DNA of 64,000 bases from Squalus acanthias. Taxonomy: Eukaryota. A program made the translations under genes and the position numbers. The DNA lies in NCBI GenBank assembly GCA_030390025.1, contig CM059426.1:74152001-74216000 (forward strand). Reading direction: 5' to 3'. Position 1 is the stretch's first letter; each line of letters begins with the position of its first letter. This document shows, in pieces, positions 24,501 to 39,500 of this stretch. A model generated the notes under the pieces. That model saw nothing but the letters and a program-made list of their open reading frames with translations, was not told where the DNA came from and did no database searches.

Positions 24501-27500
24501 GCAAGGGTGCTACCCACAGGAGAGCACAGCAATAGCTACTGCTTAATCATTCGCATCTATTGCTACTTTTAGCTCATTTGATAAAAATCGAAGCAAAAAT
24601 TTTGATCCATATTGAAAACTGTGTGTAGCATCTGCTGCTGCATAAATTTGTCAGCAGTCAATCTGGTTGGATACCACCAGAGTTTTAGAGGAGGCTTTTC
24701 CAGTAACTGAGCCTCCTAAAAAAAACTTTATTTTGAGATGATAATAAATGGCCATCCAGCAACTCAGTGTGTGAGCCTAGATATTGAATTTCAGCAGGCT
24801 ATTTGACTGTGAGGAGATATTGGCCAAGTCCAACCTTATCACCAAACATGTGAACACATGCACTTTCCAATCGGGGTGTGTGGCGAGAGGATACACAAGA
24901 TAGTGATCAGTAGTTAGACCCATGATTGAATTTCACCTTTCTAGCTCAGAAACGCAGCATGACAATTGCTACCCTATCTGAGCTCAGTTGCCTTAGCATA
25001 GACTGGCAATCAAGCATGGGCATCCGGTGTGCCTGGCCAAGTGCTGTATTTAATGGTACCTTTACCTACTTGCCATTGGAAAAGGTCCAATAAGCAAAAT
25101 CTGATAAAGTAATTAGAAAAGGCAATCATTTCTACTGCCCAAAATGTGCTTTGGTTTGCTAGAGGTGACAGTAAATCAATAAATTCTTACTAGATTTCAC
25201 CTTCCATTTCTATTTTAATATAAAGTAGTGTTTATAATTTTAAAGCTGGCTGGTAGCGGTTCCCCAATTTTAGATCCTAACTATAATCTCTGTAGAGACT
25301 AAAAACAAAGCACCTTGTGATTGTGGGCTGGGGCCTGTAACAATAAAATCGATTGTTGCATAGGATTATTTACACCTCGGGGTTACACCATGAAAAGGGA
25401 TGCTAAATTAAATAATTTTATCTGGACAAATTCTTTGCAGTATGAGACACAGATCTTTGTACATGGCGTAATTACTGACACATTACTGCCCATGCAAATG
25501 AACCTTGCTTCCCATCAAAGCTCTCCGTACAAATCAATTACAATTGATCAGTAACTCTACCTACACTTTATCTCTGTCTCAATAATGTACTTGCTATTGG
25601 GAGAGCTCCATGAGCAAAATCCAATAAGTAATCAGAAAAGGCTAACAGGCTAACCTTTACAATGCCAATCCAATATAGCTTAACATCACCAGCTAAATAT
25701 AAAAATACCTCTGCGCAATGTAAACATAGAATTTAATCAAATGGATATCAGCGGAACAAAAATGATTTTGCATTATTCAGAACAGAATCCATAGCAATGT
25801 ACACAAAAATTGTTTCCAAACTAGTGGTGAGGTTAATGGCCCCAATACTAAGCACTTCTATGGCCATCTGTCAGTCCATCATTTTGGCAGCAATTTATTG
25901 GAAAATCTAATATAATGAAGCAATAGCGTACTCCATATTTTTATCTCAAAGAAGGTTCATTGTTAACCAAATACAAGACTAGAAAATTAACCAACAATGA
26001 CAAAAATGGTCAGTGGAGAAATAAGTGTTGATGGAAGGAACAGTTCAAATAATAAAACTACACAGATATACAATCTTTCCTGGAAAGGTGGGATTTTGCC
26101 AATTTTCCAGTTTATTTTTTAACTAAACTGACATTTCAGAGAAATATTTAGGGTAAGAGAGATTTGTAGCATTCTTTTAATCTGTCACAAATAATAGAAT
26201 TAACAAGTTTTGCCACTATTCGACATAATGGCCTGGAATGTGCTGAATGCCATAAATTTGACAGCTGTGCTTCCTGATCTTCCAGTGACAAATTTACACC
26301 ACAAGTTGCTGAAAAATGAATAAGAATACCCCGCAACAAGCATAGTGCTGGATCGGGAGCGGTGTGGCCAACGGCCAAAATAAAAACCCATTGCAATGTG
26401 ATGCTACTCGGGCCAGGAAGTGTTTAAAACAGATGTTTGAAGGTTGAACTGACGGGCAGAAAAAAAGCACAAATTCAAATGAGAGCGAGCTGATTCGCCT
26501 GAGGGACTGTTTTTATGTCTGGTTAGTTCATTAGATGGAAGAGTCATCATTTCCTGGAATTTCTGCACCATAATAATGGCATTGTCACCAAATTCTATCC
26601 CAATGTTAAAGTTAAGTGAAGTTGTTTGCTGAGCTTTGTATTGCTGAAGCAGTCAGCTTCCAAGCAATAGTTCAGTAGTAGTTTTGGACACATGTACATT
26701 GAAATATTTGAATTTAGGTATGTCTATTTTCCAAATTTAAAAAGAAATCTGATTGCATAAAGCAACTCGTCAATTTCGCTGTAAAACTATGTGTTATAAA
26801 GTTCGGAGGTAGATTGCTATGGATTAGACTGTTACAAAGACACACACAGTTCATATCACACAGGGAGGTGGAAATTCCTTTAGGCTTAGTTTCAGGCCCG
26901 AAATGGGCGTCGTGCACAAAACGTACGTCCCAATCGGGAGGCCCGAGGCCAGCCCAAAATTGGGCCTTGGGCAATGTTCCCTTTAATTTTTTGGGGGCCA
27001 CGTGGCCCCTTTAAGGACTACGTGGCCCTTTCAAAATTCTGCGCACGTGCGGTTTTTTCAATTAAAAAGCCGACTCACCGGCTGGGCGGGACCTCCAGAG
27101 CACTGCGCGGCCGCACAGCTTAAAGGGAACATCGGCCTCGGGCCCCATTAGTACTATTTGGATAAACTGCCATAGGCAAAGTGGCCATTTAAAGAAGCTG
27201 AATGTCAAGGCGCTTGCCTCCCCGGGTTGGACGTTTTTCAGGCGTACTTTGAGCACGGGATGTTGGTCCCCGAAATTGGCCCTCTGCACCCATTTTACGG
27301 GCATGAAACGGCGGGTGCAACAAAGGTCCAATTTCTAACCAGAAACTCTAAAAGGAACTCTGGGACTCACAAAAGGGATGGATTTATCAAGTCTGGCAAA
27401 AATCAAATAGATTCGTTACTACACTGTAAAGTTTCACAGATAAACAAAATGCCATGATTTAAATTCATTTAAATCTAGTGGCGAGGCATGGGGAATATAA

Positions 27501-30500
27501 ACTTCACAATTTCTTAAATGTCAGTTACTCTTTAAAAAAAAAACTACATTCAGCTTTTACGAGTAAAATGTTAATATGTATAGTTGTCAATATCTGCACA
27601 AAGCACCTGTAACATATTACTCTATTTTGACAAAGTCCTTACCTGTAATGTAGCAGGTCACTTGTCTATTGACTTCTTCAGTATCAGCATCTGTAGTACT
27701 CAAGATGGCTATCACTCCACCAGGTGGGTCATCTTCACTCACAGTCCCTTTGTAGACCTCAGCAGTAAAGCGTGGAGGGTTGTCATTCACATCAGTAACA
27801 GTGACATCCACCACTGCAGAAGTGGACAATTGTACCTTTTCTCCATGATCAGATGATACTATTATGATGTTATATTTCTTCTGTTTCTCATGGTCTAATT
27901 CTTTGAGAGTTGTTATCCAACCTGTTTCACTGTTAATAGTGAAGAGTTCCAGCATTTGATCAAGCTCCTGAGATTGAGCTAAACTGTAAGTCACTTGACC
28001 ATTGGCTCCAGAATCCAGGTCGATTGCTTTTACCTGAATTACTGTGGTTCCTTCAGGTAGGTTTTCCACAACAAAGGCTTCATATGGGTTAGAATCAAAA
28101 ATGGGTTTGTTGTCATTTTCATCTTTCACTTGAATACTTACATCCACGGAAGAGACTACTTCATGTTCCTCAAAACGATATTGTGCCATAACTGTAATCT
28201 GGTACCATTTAGTTGTTTCATGATCAAGTTTCTTTTCAGTTTTTAACCTCCCAGTATTGCGTTCTATGGCAAATATTTCATCCATGTTACTTTCAGGGGT
28301 ATTTCCCTTCACAAGACTGTAGACCAGTGGTTGATCACTTTCTGCTCTAATTAAATCAATCTCAGTTCCAATGCTGATCTCCTCAGAGATTGTGAATGTA
28401 TAGAAGGGTTCTGGAAATTTTGGAAGTGGAACTTCAGGTGGGAGTATTCTAACATAGACAGGGACAACAGACTCCTGCTGTGGAACTCCACCATCTTTAG
28501 CTCTGACAAAGAAAGTATAAAAGTTGTTTTCTAGGCCAACTAGACTTTCTTTGGTGCTAATGATCCCAGAAAATGAATCAATTTGAAGGTTTTCTTCAAC
28601 ATTGTCAGAATCTGCCTCAATGGTGTAGACAATGTCTGCATTACTACCTTCATCGGCATCTGATGCTACAATCCTAATGACTGAAGATCCTTTTGGAGCA
28701 TACGACCCAATGTTTACCTTATACTCTGCAGCTCGGAACTGAGGCATATTATCGTTTTCGTCAGTGAGTATAACATTGATATTGCAGAAAGCCACTTTAC
28801 CACCACCATCTTTTGCCATCATACTGATAGTGACCACCTTCTCTACTGGGTTCTCACGATCCAATTTCTCCGATGTGAAAATTTTTCCTTTCTGATCAAC
28901 AGAAAATTTGTCTCTTGCAAAGTCATTAACAATGAAATAACTTATGTGCCCATATGTACCAGAGTCTTCATCTGTTGCTTTTACTTCAATCACCAGGGTA
29001 CCAATATCAGAATTTTCAGCCAATTCTACTTCATAGTCAGTTTGATCAAAAGCAGGATTATGGAAATTAGCAGTAATAATGCTTACCCGAACTTTTGCTG
29101 AGCTTCTAAAAACACCATCTGATACAGATACACTAAGATTGTAAACTGCCTCCAGATTCTGCTTGTGCAAGTTTGCAACAGTAATAATGCCAGACTTACT
29201 ATCTATTGCAAAATTCATACGGTCATTGCCAGACACAATTGAATATCGAAGTTTCTCCACGTCGGAAGTATCTGCATCGGAGGCCTGCACATGTGTAACA
29301 AAATGCCCACGGGTTACAGGCTCACTTACGGAGGCCTGGTACAACAATTCATTGAACAATGGTGGGTTGTCATTCAAATCAGTGATGTGCACAGTCAGAA
29401 TAATGTCACTACTAAGTTGAGGTTTCCCACTATCCAAGGCTCTAACAAGGAGGTTATACTGTTGAATCTGTTCATAATCAAGCACCCGTGCTGTCAAAAT
29501 GAGGCCACTGGTGCTGTCAATGTGAAAATATTCTGAGCTTTTGGTCTCATCTTCTACCAATTGGTAGCAAAGAACTTTATTCATTCCAGAATCTGAATCC
29601 GTAGCAGTGACCTGGACCACTGATGTACCCACCACGGAAGCCTCAGATAGAGTGGCAGTGTATTTCCTCTCTCTAAACACTGGAGCATTATCGTTAACAT
29701 CTTCTACCACAATATCAACAAATACCTCAGCGTGAGATCCAGTTAGTGAGTCTGTTGCTCTTACGGTTAACTTATAAGCTGGATGTGTCTCAAAGTCTAG
29801 CGAGCTAATTACATTTATAACTCCAGTGTTGAAGTTGATTGTAAACTGATTGAAAGGATCTCCATCTGTGATGCTGTAAATGACACGAGGACCTTCTGGA
29901 CTGTTAGCCTGTACATACACGACGGGAGTGTGCAGCTGAATATTCTCAGGTATCTCAATACTGTAGAATGGCTTTTCAAATACAGGCATGGCTTTGTTTA
30001 TAAGAGTGACGGGCACTTCAACTTCTGCAGAAAGTGATACCTCTCCTCCATCTTTCGCTACAACAATAATAATATACTCCACATTTGACAGGTTGAGTTC
30101 AAAAATCTTCTTTAGGGATATTTCCCCCGAAGGTTCTACCTGAAAATGTTCATGGTGTTCTTTGAGATAATAGGAAACGTCTCCATTTTTACCAACATCC
30201 TTGTCTATAGCAGTGACTTGGCGAATTACATGGCCTACTTCAGCATCAACCTGGACTACAGCATAATAAGGCAGGTTGACAAAAACTGGAGCATTGTCGT
30301 TAATGTCTTCAACAGTAACCTTCACAACAACATGAGCAACTCTTGATGGATTCTTTTCTTCGCTAACTTCAACCACTACATCGTACACTTCCTGCTCTTC
30401 ACGATCAAATGGAATTCCTGTAGTTGCAAGAACACCTGAAGTGTGACTTATTTTAAACTTTCTATCAGGGTTAAGGATATGGTAAAATAATGGTTCATTC

Positions 30501-33500
30501 ATTTCATTGCCCATTGTAGTAATAATGGCTATAGTTTTAACTTCTGTCGAGTTTTCCTTTACCACAGCAGAGTATGAGCTTTGTGTGAATTTCAGGTGGC
30601 TTTCTTTGCTTTCTTTTATATTTATTCGCACTGAAGTTGTGCTTGAAAATCTGCCGTCACTAGCTCTAACTGTAAGCTCATACCTGCTCCTCAAGTGAGT
30701 AGTGTTGTGCACTGAAATAAGTCCTGTCTTTGCATATATGGAGAACTTCTCACCAATGTTACCATCAATTATGGAATAAATTAGATCTGCGTTTGAACCA
30801 GAGTCTGCATCTGTGGCATTTACAACAGTCACTTTCACTCCTTTATATGTTGGCACAAGCAGAGACGTCTCATACAAATCCTGAACAAATACTGGAGGGC
30901 AATCATTTACATCAATCACATGAATGGTAACATTTGCTGCATGTTCTGCAAACAACTGTGAGTTTCCACTGTCATGCACTTGCACAGTGAAATGAAAAAT
31001 ATTGGTCTGCTCATAGTCTAGTTTCAACACTGCACGAATAGCACCTGTGCTGGAGTCAATAGCAAAATATTTCTGGGCAGATGATTCAGTAATCTGATAA
31101 ACCAGAAGAGCGTTGGATCCTTCATCAGCATCTGTAGCTTGAATTACCAATGGAGTATTTTTCTCATTCAGAACAACACTGTTGATATGGGCAGATTCAC
31201 TAATGATTCCTATATACTCTGACTGAGTGAAGACCGGCATGTTGTCATTTTCATCTCGCAGGTGTATCAAAACCGAGATATTGGTAGATAAGCCAGCCAT
31301 ATTCGTAGCTTGAACTGTCAGTCGGTATGAAGCCAATCCTTCATTGTCGAGCGGCTTTTGAGTGATTATGACTCCCGAGTTAGGGTTGATGTTAAATGCA
31401 CCATCTGTATTTCCATCTTTTATTTCATAAACAATAGACGATTGGCTGGATGCAGTTACCAGGGTGACAAAACTACCAATACCGCCCCCTTCACTTATCT
31501 CTGCATAGTACTCTTTTACTGTAAATTTGGGTGCTGCATTGTCTGAAATGGTCACAAAGATGCGAACAGTAGTAATAGCACTCATTGGAGGCTTTCCTCC
31601 ATCAGTTGCTTTGACTATAAGTTCATACTGCCTCCGTGTACTACGATCCAGACCTTTTGCAACTATAATAGTACCCAGAACTGGATCAATGGCAAAACTG
31701 TTGCCAGCATTTCCTGCGAAAACAAATATGCATTTATGTTAACACCAAATTAGAATATATACATATAGAATAATATAGACATGTATTGGTGAGATATATC
31801 AATACAGTGGGGTAGTAGTTGGTCATCATTGCGCTGGTTACCGGATGGAGAAAGGGACAGCATCCTCCAGCAGTTTATTTAAGAACCGCTGGTTTGGCTG
31901 CTAAGTGCCTGAAGAAACTGACAGCAGCATGTATTGCGCATACTGCAGTCATTTGTAATTGAAACCTGCAAGGGGGCCTGAAACATATGCAAAGGGCTTA
32001 ACCGCCAGTTCCAGGCATGCAACTTGGACATCTACGGAGAAGCCCTAACCAGCATGGCAGATGGTGCACTTCCGGCAAGGAATGAGCATGCATACTCCGC
32101 TCGCCGCATTGGACTGTTAGGCGCCCGTTTTACACTTGTAAAATGTACGCAGCACGATCCAATTTCTAGGCCCTTGCTTCTTCGGTCACAGTCTAAAGAG
32201 ACCACATCAAATATATTTTTCCTCGAATCTCTAATAATTAAAATAAAAAAGGTTATTTAAAACTCTTAACAATGCCTTCTGAATGCTATGAAGTGTGATC
32301 TGTTGCACACAAGCCAAACTCTTCATCTAAAGTGAGTAATGGAATTCACAGCTCACACCTCTCAAGCGTGGCTAGACTGTTATCGTGTTTTGTTATCTTA
32401 TTGAAACCATAACCTGTTTTTTCTCCCAGACATTAAAGTAACTAGAATTTGGTTAAATCACTCAGTCAGTTAAGTGATTCAAGATTTTTCATTTTATGCT
32501 GAAAAATATATTAGCTAATTTAACAAGGAAATCTCACTTAATACTTCACTACTTGGTATTTTTTGCATTTAAGAATTTCTCTCTTCCACACAAACCCAAA
32601 CTGTCTCATAAATAATAGCCCAAACCATTCCAGACATCCGAGGAATGTGCTTGCAATATATTTACCACCCCCAATATCATTGTTTCTTGTATAAAATACA
32701 ATGCTGGGAAAATAGAAAAATGTGTCTCCATAGGTTAATGTGCCAATTAGATTCATCACAACACAATCCAATTATTTATACCGATTAGAATATATGTATA
32801 AGCAAAAGAAAAAGAAAACTAGGTACATTTGAGGGGTAATTTAACAAATTTGCACTACAGACATGAAACTTTGCGCTGCGGGGGTGCATATCAGCAATGT
32901 GGATGTGAAAGCTCCCTACGACTTTCCGTTCATAATGGACAGGTGCCCGAATTCCCCGCACAAAACCGGCCAGTTACAGCAGAGCGCCCATTTAGGGCCA
33001 CAGCTCGGCAATAACATTTAAATATGACCCAAACCTGAAAGTAGTTTGAACCTCCCGAATGTGGCCTTGGGGAGGGGGTGGGGGCGGGGGGATACATAGC
33101 CAATATCGGGCCTATTTTGGACCCAACTTGAAAATCTCCCCCATTGTGTTCTGCCAGCACTTTTTGCTTTCATTTCAACCTCCTACATGATTATTTGCTC
33201 TCTTATTTTTAAATTTCTCCATCTTTTTGTTTGTGTGAGCCTCCCATGCATTTTTTCCACATTATTTTGTTTTTTTAATGCCTTTCCATTGCCTCATTAT
33301 TGACCTTTTTTCTAAAGGTTTTCTATCAAGCAGTTTACAGATTATTCAGCCTATTAAACTCCCTCAATGGGATTGGCGTATCTTTTATTTTCCCCATCCC
33401 TCTTCTATTTGTTCCAAACTTACTAAAATGCTTACTTATTATCTTTTGGTTTACAGCTCTGATGAAGGGAATGCAGCTGAAACATTAGCCTGTCTTTTCT

Positions 33501-36500
33501 CTTTACAGATGCTGACTGACTGGTTGGGTATTTTCCAACATTTCCTGTTTTATTCAATGGATCAGTAATTCAAGTCTCAAAGCAAGAAAACAGTGATAAA
33601 AATCATTACCCGATTCAATAGTGTAAGTAACTTCTGCATTTTGGCCCTTATCTTTATCCAGTGCTGTAACCTGAAGCACCGCTGAGTCAATTGCAGCAGA
33701 TTCATACACACGGCCAGTATAGGAAGAGCTGGTAAACCATGGCGCATGGTCATTGGTATCTTCAACATTAATAATGACTCTCACATAATTGCGTTTGACA
33801 GGAACATCTTGATCTCGAACCTTGAGAAGAAATTAACAAATGAGTACACCACCACAAAAAGGATCGGTTGATAATCTCTTAACTCCTGTCCTGCCTAAAA
33901 TCGGAATGGGGGCAATACGGGCGATAGCAAATCGGCCACCCGTTTTACACCATATTCCCATTTTCAAGTCAATGATAAAGAAAATCGGATGGGGTATAAA
34001 TGGGCTGCCTATTCACTATTGACAATTTTGCACTTTTGCCGATTTCACGCCCAGTGTTTGAACCGTAACAACAGCAAAGCCTTGCAAGTGCTGGTAGGCA
34101 CAGGACTCGAACAATGGACAGAAATTTTCCGTGGAAAGAACAGCCTAATTATGCAAAAAAGTGGGAAGGATGGGAATATGTGACACACAAGGTCAGCACC
34201 ATTTCTGCCACTTAGAGGTCCTGACAGGAGGACTGGATGAAAGTCCTCAATTTAAAAAGAACTCAAAGGGTAAAGCATGAATAATAGTATAAAATGGGAA
34301 CAGGTGAGCATTTATGGCCCTGAAGTAGAGTAGTAGTTAAATATATATGTACAAAAAAAAGTTAGCAAGGATGTAGCAAGTAAAAATAGGGAGGTTATGC
34401 AAATTATGAGATCTGTCATGATGGGAGAGAAAATATATTGAAACAAGGGATTTCCCATGGTCCAAATCACCATTCTCAATCCTTACTGCTCTTATGTTTA
34501 AAGGAAAAAAAGGCACATAATAGAAAAGTGCAAGAACAGACGGTGAAGTCCCAGACATTTGTTTGGGGTGGGGAGAAAAATGTAGAAGCCATTGGTGCTT
34601 TGGAGATGACAGCAAAGGGTAGGACTAGTTAGATGCATCATAAAATCATATATTGAAAGACTTATACAATACTTTACATCAGTATGTCCATATTTACTGA
34701 TTCTGCATAAGCACATACTACTACATTTACTGACAATACAGTAACCAAATGAATTATGCATCTGTAATCATGTACCACCACCTGCTCTCCTCACAAAGCA
34801 AAGAGACCCCAGTGAATCACCAGCTGCATGCAAAGAGCACCACACACTTGAGTATCACTCCAACGGAAGCAAGGAGCAGTACAGATACACACAATAATGG
34901 AGAGCGTTGGTGAGGACTGTTGATGGTTGATGATACAGCTCCTACTAACAGAGACCCAGCATGCTGATTGTTCCCACTGAGCTGTAGTGGCCCTGTGTTA
35001 ATAAGGAGGCTAGTTCAGCAGCAGCACATTACTGAATAAACATTTCTCTCCTTGCACATGATTTTTGAAGGTAATCTGGATAGAGTGGATAAATCCAACA
35101 CTCAGATATGCACTGCCATCTCCCAAGAGTGCTGGCTGTTATCTGCACTGCAGTCTGCCTTTGCATAAGTGGCAATACCAGTGCATCTGCAGTGGAAACC
35201 TCACTTACATACATAGGTCATGGACACAGTAGGAGCCCTTCTCCTGAATGCTGCTATGGAGTCTAAACTCTAAGATGCAGTCATGGCTGTTTCAATTCAT
35301 TTGGAGAACTGTTACAGGCAACTATGGTGGAAGGATTACAAAATCATAAATCTAGAGTGTACGATCGAAGCAATGAGTTCCAGACGTGGAAAAATATTCC
35401 AGTCGCTGATATTGCCATCCCTCACCCTGATGAGAACCAAACCAGTCCTTCAACCTGCTGCCTGTAGTCAAACATAATTGGTGAAAGATGGAAATAAGTC
35501 AGGCAATGTATATAATAGTAAAATTATTAAAAGCATTGGCTGTGATAAAGATGAAATGTGTCAAGAAAATATATTTGCACTGAAGAGTATTAAACTCACC
35601 ATTATAGTAAGCACATGCTGATGCTTGGTCTCATGGTCCAGCCTTTCAGCTGTAAAGAGAACTCCAGTACCAGGATCCAGCCTAAATTTTTTCAGACTGC
35701 TTGGATCTGTGCTGCTTTGAAGAGTGTAAATCAACTTGTTCTTCTCATCTTCATCAGTGGCACTAACTTGCAGAATTATTGCATCAGGAATTGTGTCTTC
35801 TGGGATATTTACTTCATATTTTGGTTTTGAAAACTCAGGTCGATGGTCATTTGTATCAATGACTTTAATGTATACCTGAAATTAAGTAAAATTTTACATT
35901 TGACAACTGTAATTCCACTACGTTTCTTTAGTATATCAAGAGGAACTCACAATACAACAGCAGCCCTCATCATTCAATGATATGGCTTTAATCACTTCAA
36001 GTCTGTGATGCAGCAAGATTGTTAGAATTTTATATGTTTTACAAAATGAACCATAGATACTTAGATTGCTTGCTATATTTTTCAAAATTCTAATCAGCTG
36101 AAGAGTACTTAGATAAACAGGTTAGGTGAATGAGTTAAAGCAACACATCTGTCTATGAAAGCCCACAAGTGAAAATCTAAATGGTTTATAATTACCAGAT
36201 TACAATTTCTATTTTAAATAGCTTAATTTCTTTTCCCTCTTTCTCCTGAGAATTGTCATTAACAAGATTTAGTGCATTCTTAAGTACTTAAACTGTTAAC
36301 AAACTGCGCTTAAATCATGAAGAATCCAAAATATTGTTATTCAGAAACTCCTTATATTTCAGCTGATGACTCCCAAACATTTCCAGAACTTTAGATAACA
36401 CAGCATGCCTGTCTTCACTAGCATTCCATTGCCTCCCACTGCTGAGGGCAGATGTGCTGCTGACTACAGCAATTCATTTCTAAAAAAATCTCTTGTTCGT

Positions 36501-39500
36501 CCAGCCATTCAGAAAGATGAACAAAAACTGCATATCACTGAAAATCACAATGACATCATATGTGACTTATCTTGAATTAGTTCACTTATTAAGTATGCAA
36601 GGAATGCTTATTTTGCACAGCTCTATACAGTGATCAGCTTTCTAAATTCCATACTGTTCTAATGCTGTTGTTATACTTACAAGTACTGTTGCCAAATGAT
36701 GCTTACTGAACTGATGCTTACAGCAGTACCAATCCAGTTCCCTTTGAAACTTGGAATGCTAGTGCACATGTGCCATATATCTACACATGTGCAATATCAT
36801 GCCAAGTTTCAGAAGAAACTGGAGCACCCAGCGTGCATGGTTTAGGTCATCTACCTGTACACACATCTATATATTGGTATGAATCTAATACAGTGAGGGG
36901 AGGGATTTTGTCTCATGATAATAAGTGAATACACTGGTGTCTATAACATGTCAAGTTATCATGTTGCACATCAGCTTCTGGGACACGATGCTAGATGCAG
37001 CTGCCAGAATGGAACCAGCATATCACTAGAAGATCAGACCATCTACTTGAGGGGGTATTGTTTGCGGCACTCTAGCGGTGCTGATTTCGGATTCAGCAAT
37101 TTGAATCTGGTAGCAGATTAACCCTCTTCCCACCCCTGTCCCCCCACCCTCCAGCACAATCTATGGGATTTGGGGCCTTCTGGCTGCTGCTCTCTAGCAC
37201 ACCTACACTTTAGATTCCAATGCTGCTCCTGTCCACCTGCAGAAAGCTGTGCCGGTTTAGTGCCCAGCTGCAACTCCCAAAAGAAAATGGGCCCGAATAG
37301 TTTATTCTAATGCTAAACTGTATGTATGCATCTCTTCAGGCTAAGAAAATTAGGTAATTTCATAGAGATCAATCAAGAAACTTTAGACATTCTGGCTCTG
37401 ATATTTTCTGATACTGGAGAGTTCATTTGTTACTATATATATTTTGAATATGCCACTTGAAGTGTGACAGTGAAGTATGGCAGACAGGAAATATATGCTA
37501 GACGTACCAAAGCAAAAATATTACTACCAGATCTCTTGTGGCATTGCTCATAGTGAATCAAAGGTTTTAGAACAATAACCTGTAACATTCAATGCGTTTT
37601 CAGGGTCACTGATTTATAGTGATCAAATAAGTCAAATTCCATATTTACTGCATGGTATTTTGGGCACTGAATTTTGAAATTCTGTTCAGTCTTTCAACAA
37701 AACCATAAATGAGTGGCCTTCTTCACTCTTAAGCTATGTATTTAATTTTTTATTTTACTTCTGATCTTTTTCTAAAGTGCAGGGTACACAGGAAAATGGC
37801 AGGTAACATGTAGCCAATTGGAGGTATCTATGTTGAGTTTAGCAACAGTTATAGGGGTTTCTGGACTTTGATGGATGGTTCTGAAAGTAGCAGTGTGTAG
37901 GCAAAGGTTGGGGTTTGGTCGTGCTGGTTAATGCAATTTGTGGCATGGTTTACACAGTGATTCCCAGGGTCTGTTGGTGGGGGGCGGGGGAGGGGGCGGT
38001 AACATGGCTTGGCAACATATGGGGGAGGGGGTCCCAGATGTGGCAGCTGAGGCCTTGAATACTGCAAAAGGATACTGGGCGATCATACTTGTATCTAGGA
38101 GCATTAGAGGGAGGTCAGTACTGGGGGCAGAGGGTCTCAGGAATTAGCATCGCTGGAGGGAGCTGATAAAGCTGGTAACATTGGGGGAAATGAAAGGGAC
38201 TAGGAGTGCTGGTAAGGGTGATCCTGGGGCCTCATAGCATTGGAAAGGGGCATCCTGGGGTTTGTGAGTACAGTAGAGGGGCTCCCCACAGTTTGAAAGA
38301 ATGGGAGGGAAGAAGAATTAATTCTCTTCACTCCCCAAAACTGAGTGCTTCCCCAGCAATGATCTGGGAAAACCTATATTATTTTAAATAGATATTTTGC
38401 TGAGTATACTTATTTTATATGAAAAGGTTTCCCTATCAGTGAGCTGTTGGAGAAACACTTTCAGCAATCTTGTCTTCCTGTCCCAGAGTGTGAAAAGCTG
38501 GCCATGATCAAGAACTGACTCAAAGTTCCTTGAACAATTTCAGCACGCTGGAGACTCTATTCCTCCAATGGTCTCCTGTCCAAGCTCCCATTCTCCACCT
38601 TTTATCAACTTCAGCTCATTCAAAACTCTGCTACCCATATCTTATGCTGCATTTTCCATCACCTTGTCCTCGCTGACCTACATTGGTTCCAGGTTTCCCA
38701 AAGTCTCTACTTTAAAACTCTGATCCTTGTGTTTAAATCTCTCCATAGCCTCAACGCTCCCTATCTCTGTAACTTCCTCCAGCCCAACCTCTGGAATTCC
38801 CATCCCAAACCATTCCACCTTCTCCTTTAAGACCTCCTTAAAACCCACCTTTTAGAACAAGCATTTCAATCCTCCTCCTAATGGACCTCCTCCTTTGGCT
38901 CGACCTCTGAATCCCCTTGGGATATTTTTCATCATTAAAGGTTCTACATATGATGTGCACGCTATACACGCGACTTTTAATATACTTGCAAGTTATTTTC
39001 ACGGGACTTTTCCCAATCCCTGCCATAGCTTCAACATGAAGACCAATGGAAATCCTGGAAAAATGGTATAAACATTCATTTACGCCATTTCTCCATAGTT
39101 TCCCCCGATCTTCCGCTGAAGTGATGGTAGGAGATTGGGAAACCTCCGCAAAAATTCTACACAGCTACATAAATTTTAAAATGGCTCCAATTTTTTTAAA
39201 CCCCACTTGATACACCATTTCCCATCCAACGAAGGAGTTCACTGACCTGCTCTCTTCTCTTCCCCGCCCCACCAAGGGCTCTGCCCACGCTACAAAAATG
39301 TTCCATCACATTTGAGAAACTATCTGGCCTCGGCTCAGAATCTTTCCAGACAGTACTGTCCAGATAGGTGTGAACCAAGCTCTGCCCTTCAACAGCACAA
39401 AATGCCAGTGTGTTAATGTACTAAGTTACTGCATTATCTTTAGAAGTCTGCAAATTGTTCACTGCCATCTTACTGCTTCTTTTCTGTAGTAATCTATTGG

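Noticed and set aside
24440-24518. tRNA gene
   Set aside because: It is the degenerate tRNA-derived head of a SINE, with no complete cloverleaf.
27605-27642. Alternative donor TTACAG|GTGCTT 36 nt past the giant exon
   Set aside because: The donor is weak and an in-frame TAA lies in the extension.
27617-31585. 1322-aa ORF as a standalone or bacterial-type adhesin gene
   Set aside because: It is the internal giant exon of FAT1, bounded by splice sites and in phase with its neighbours.
29163-31742. Short plus-strand ORFs antisense to the giant exon
   Set aside because: They are shadow frames of the cadherin coding sequence with no independent motifs.
35100-35215. Faint resemblance to U1 snRNA, or a cryptic GTAAGT donor, on the minus strand
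   Set aside because: Only scattered short matches; no Sm site or 5' end, and no supported exon.
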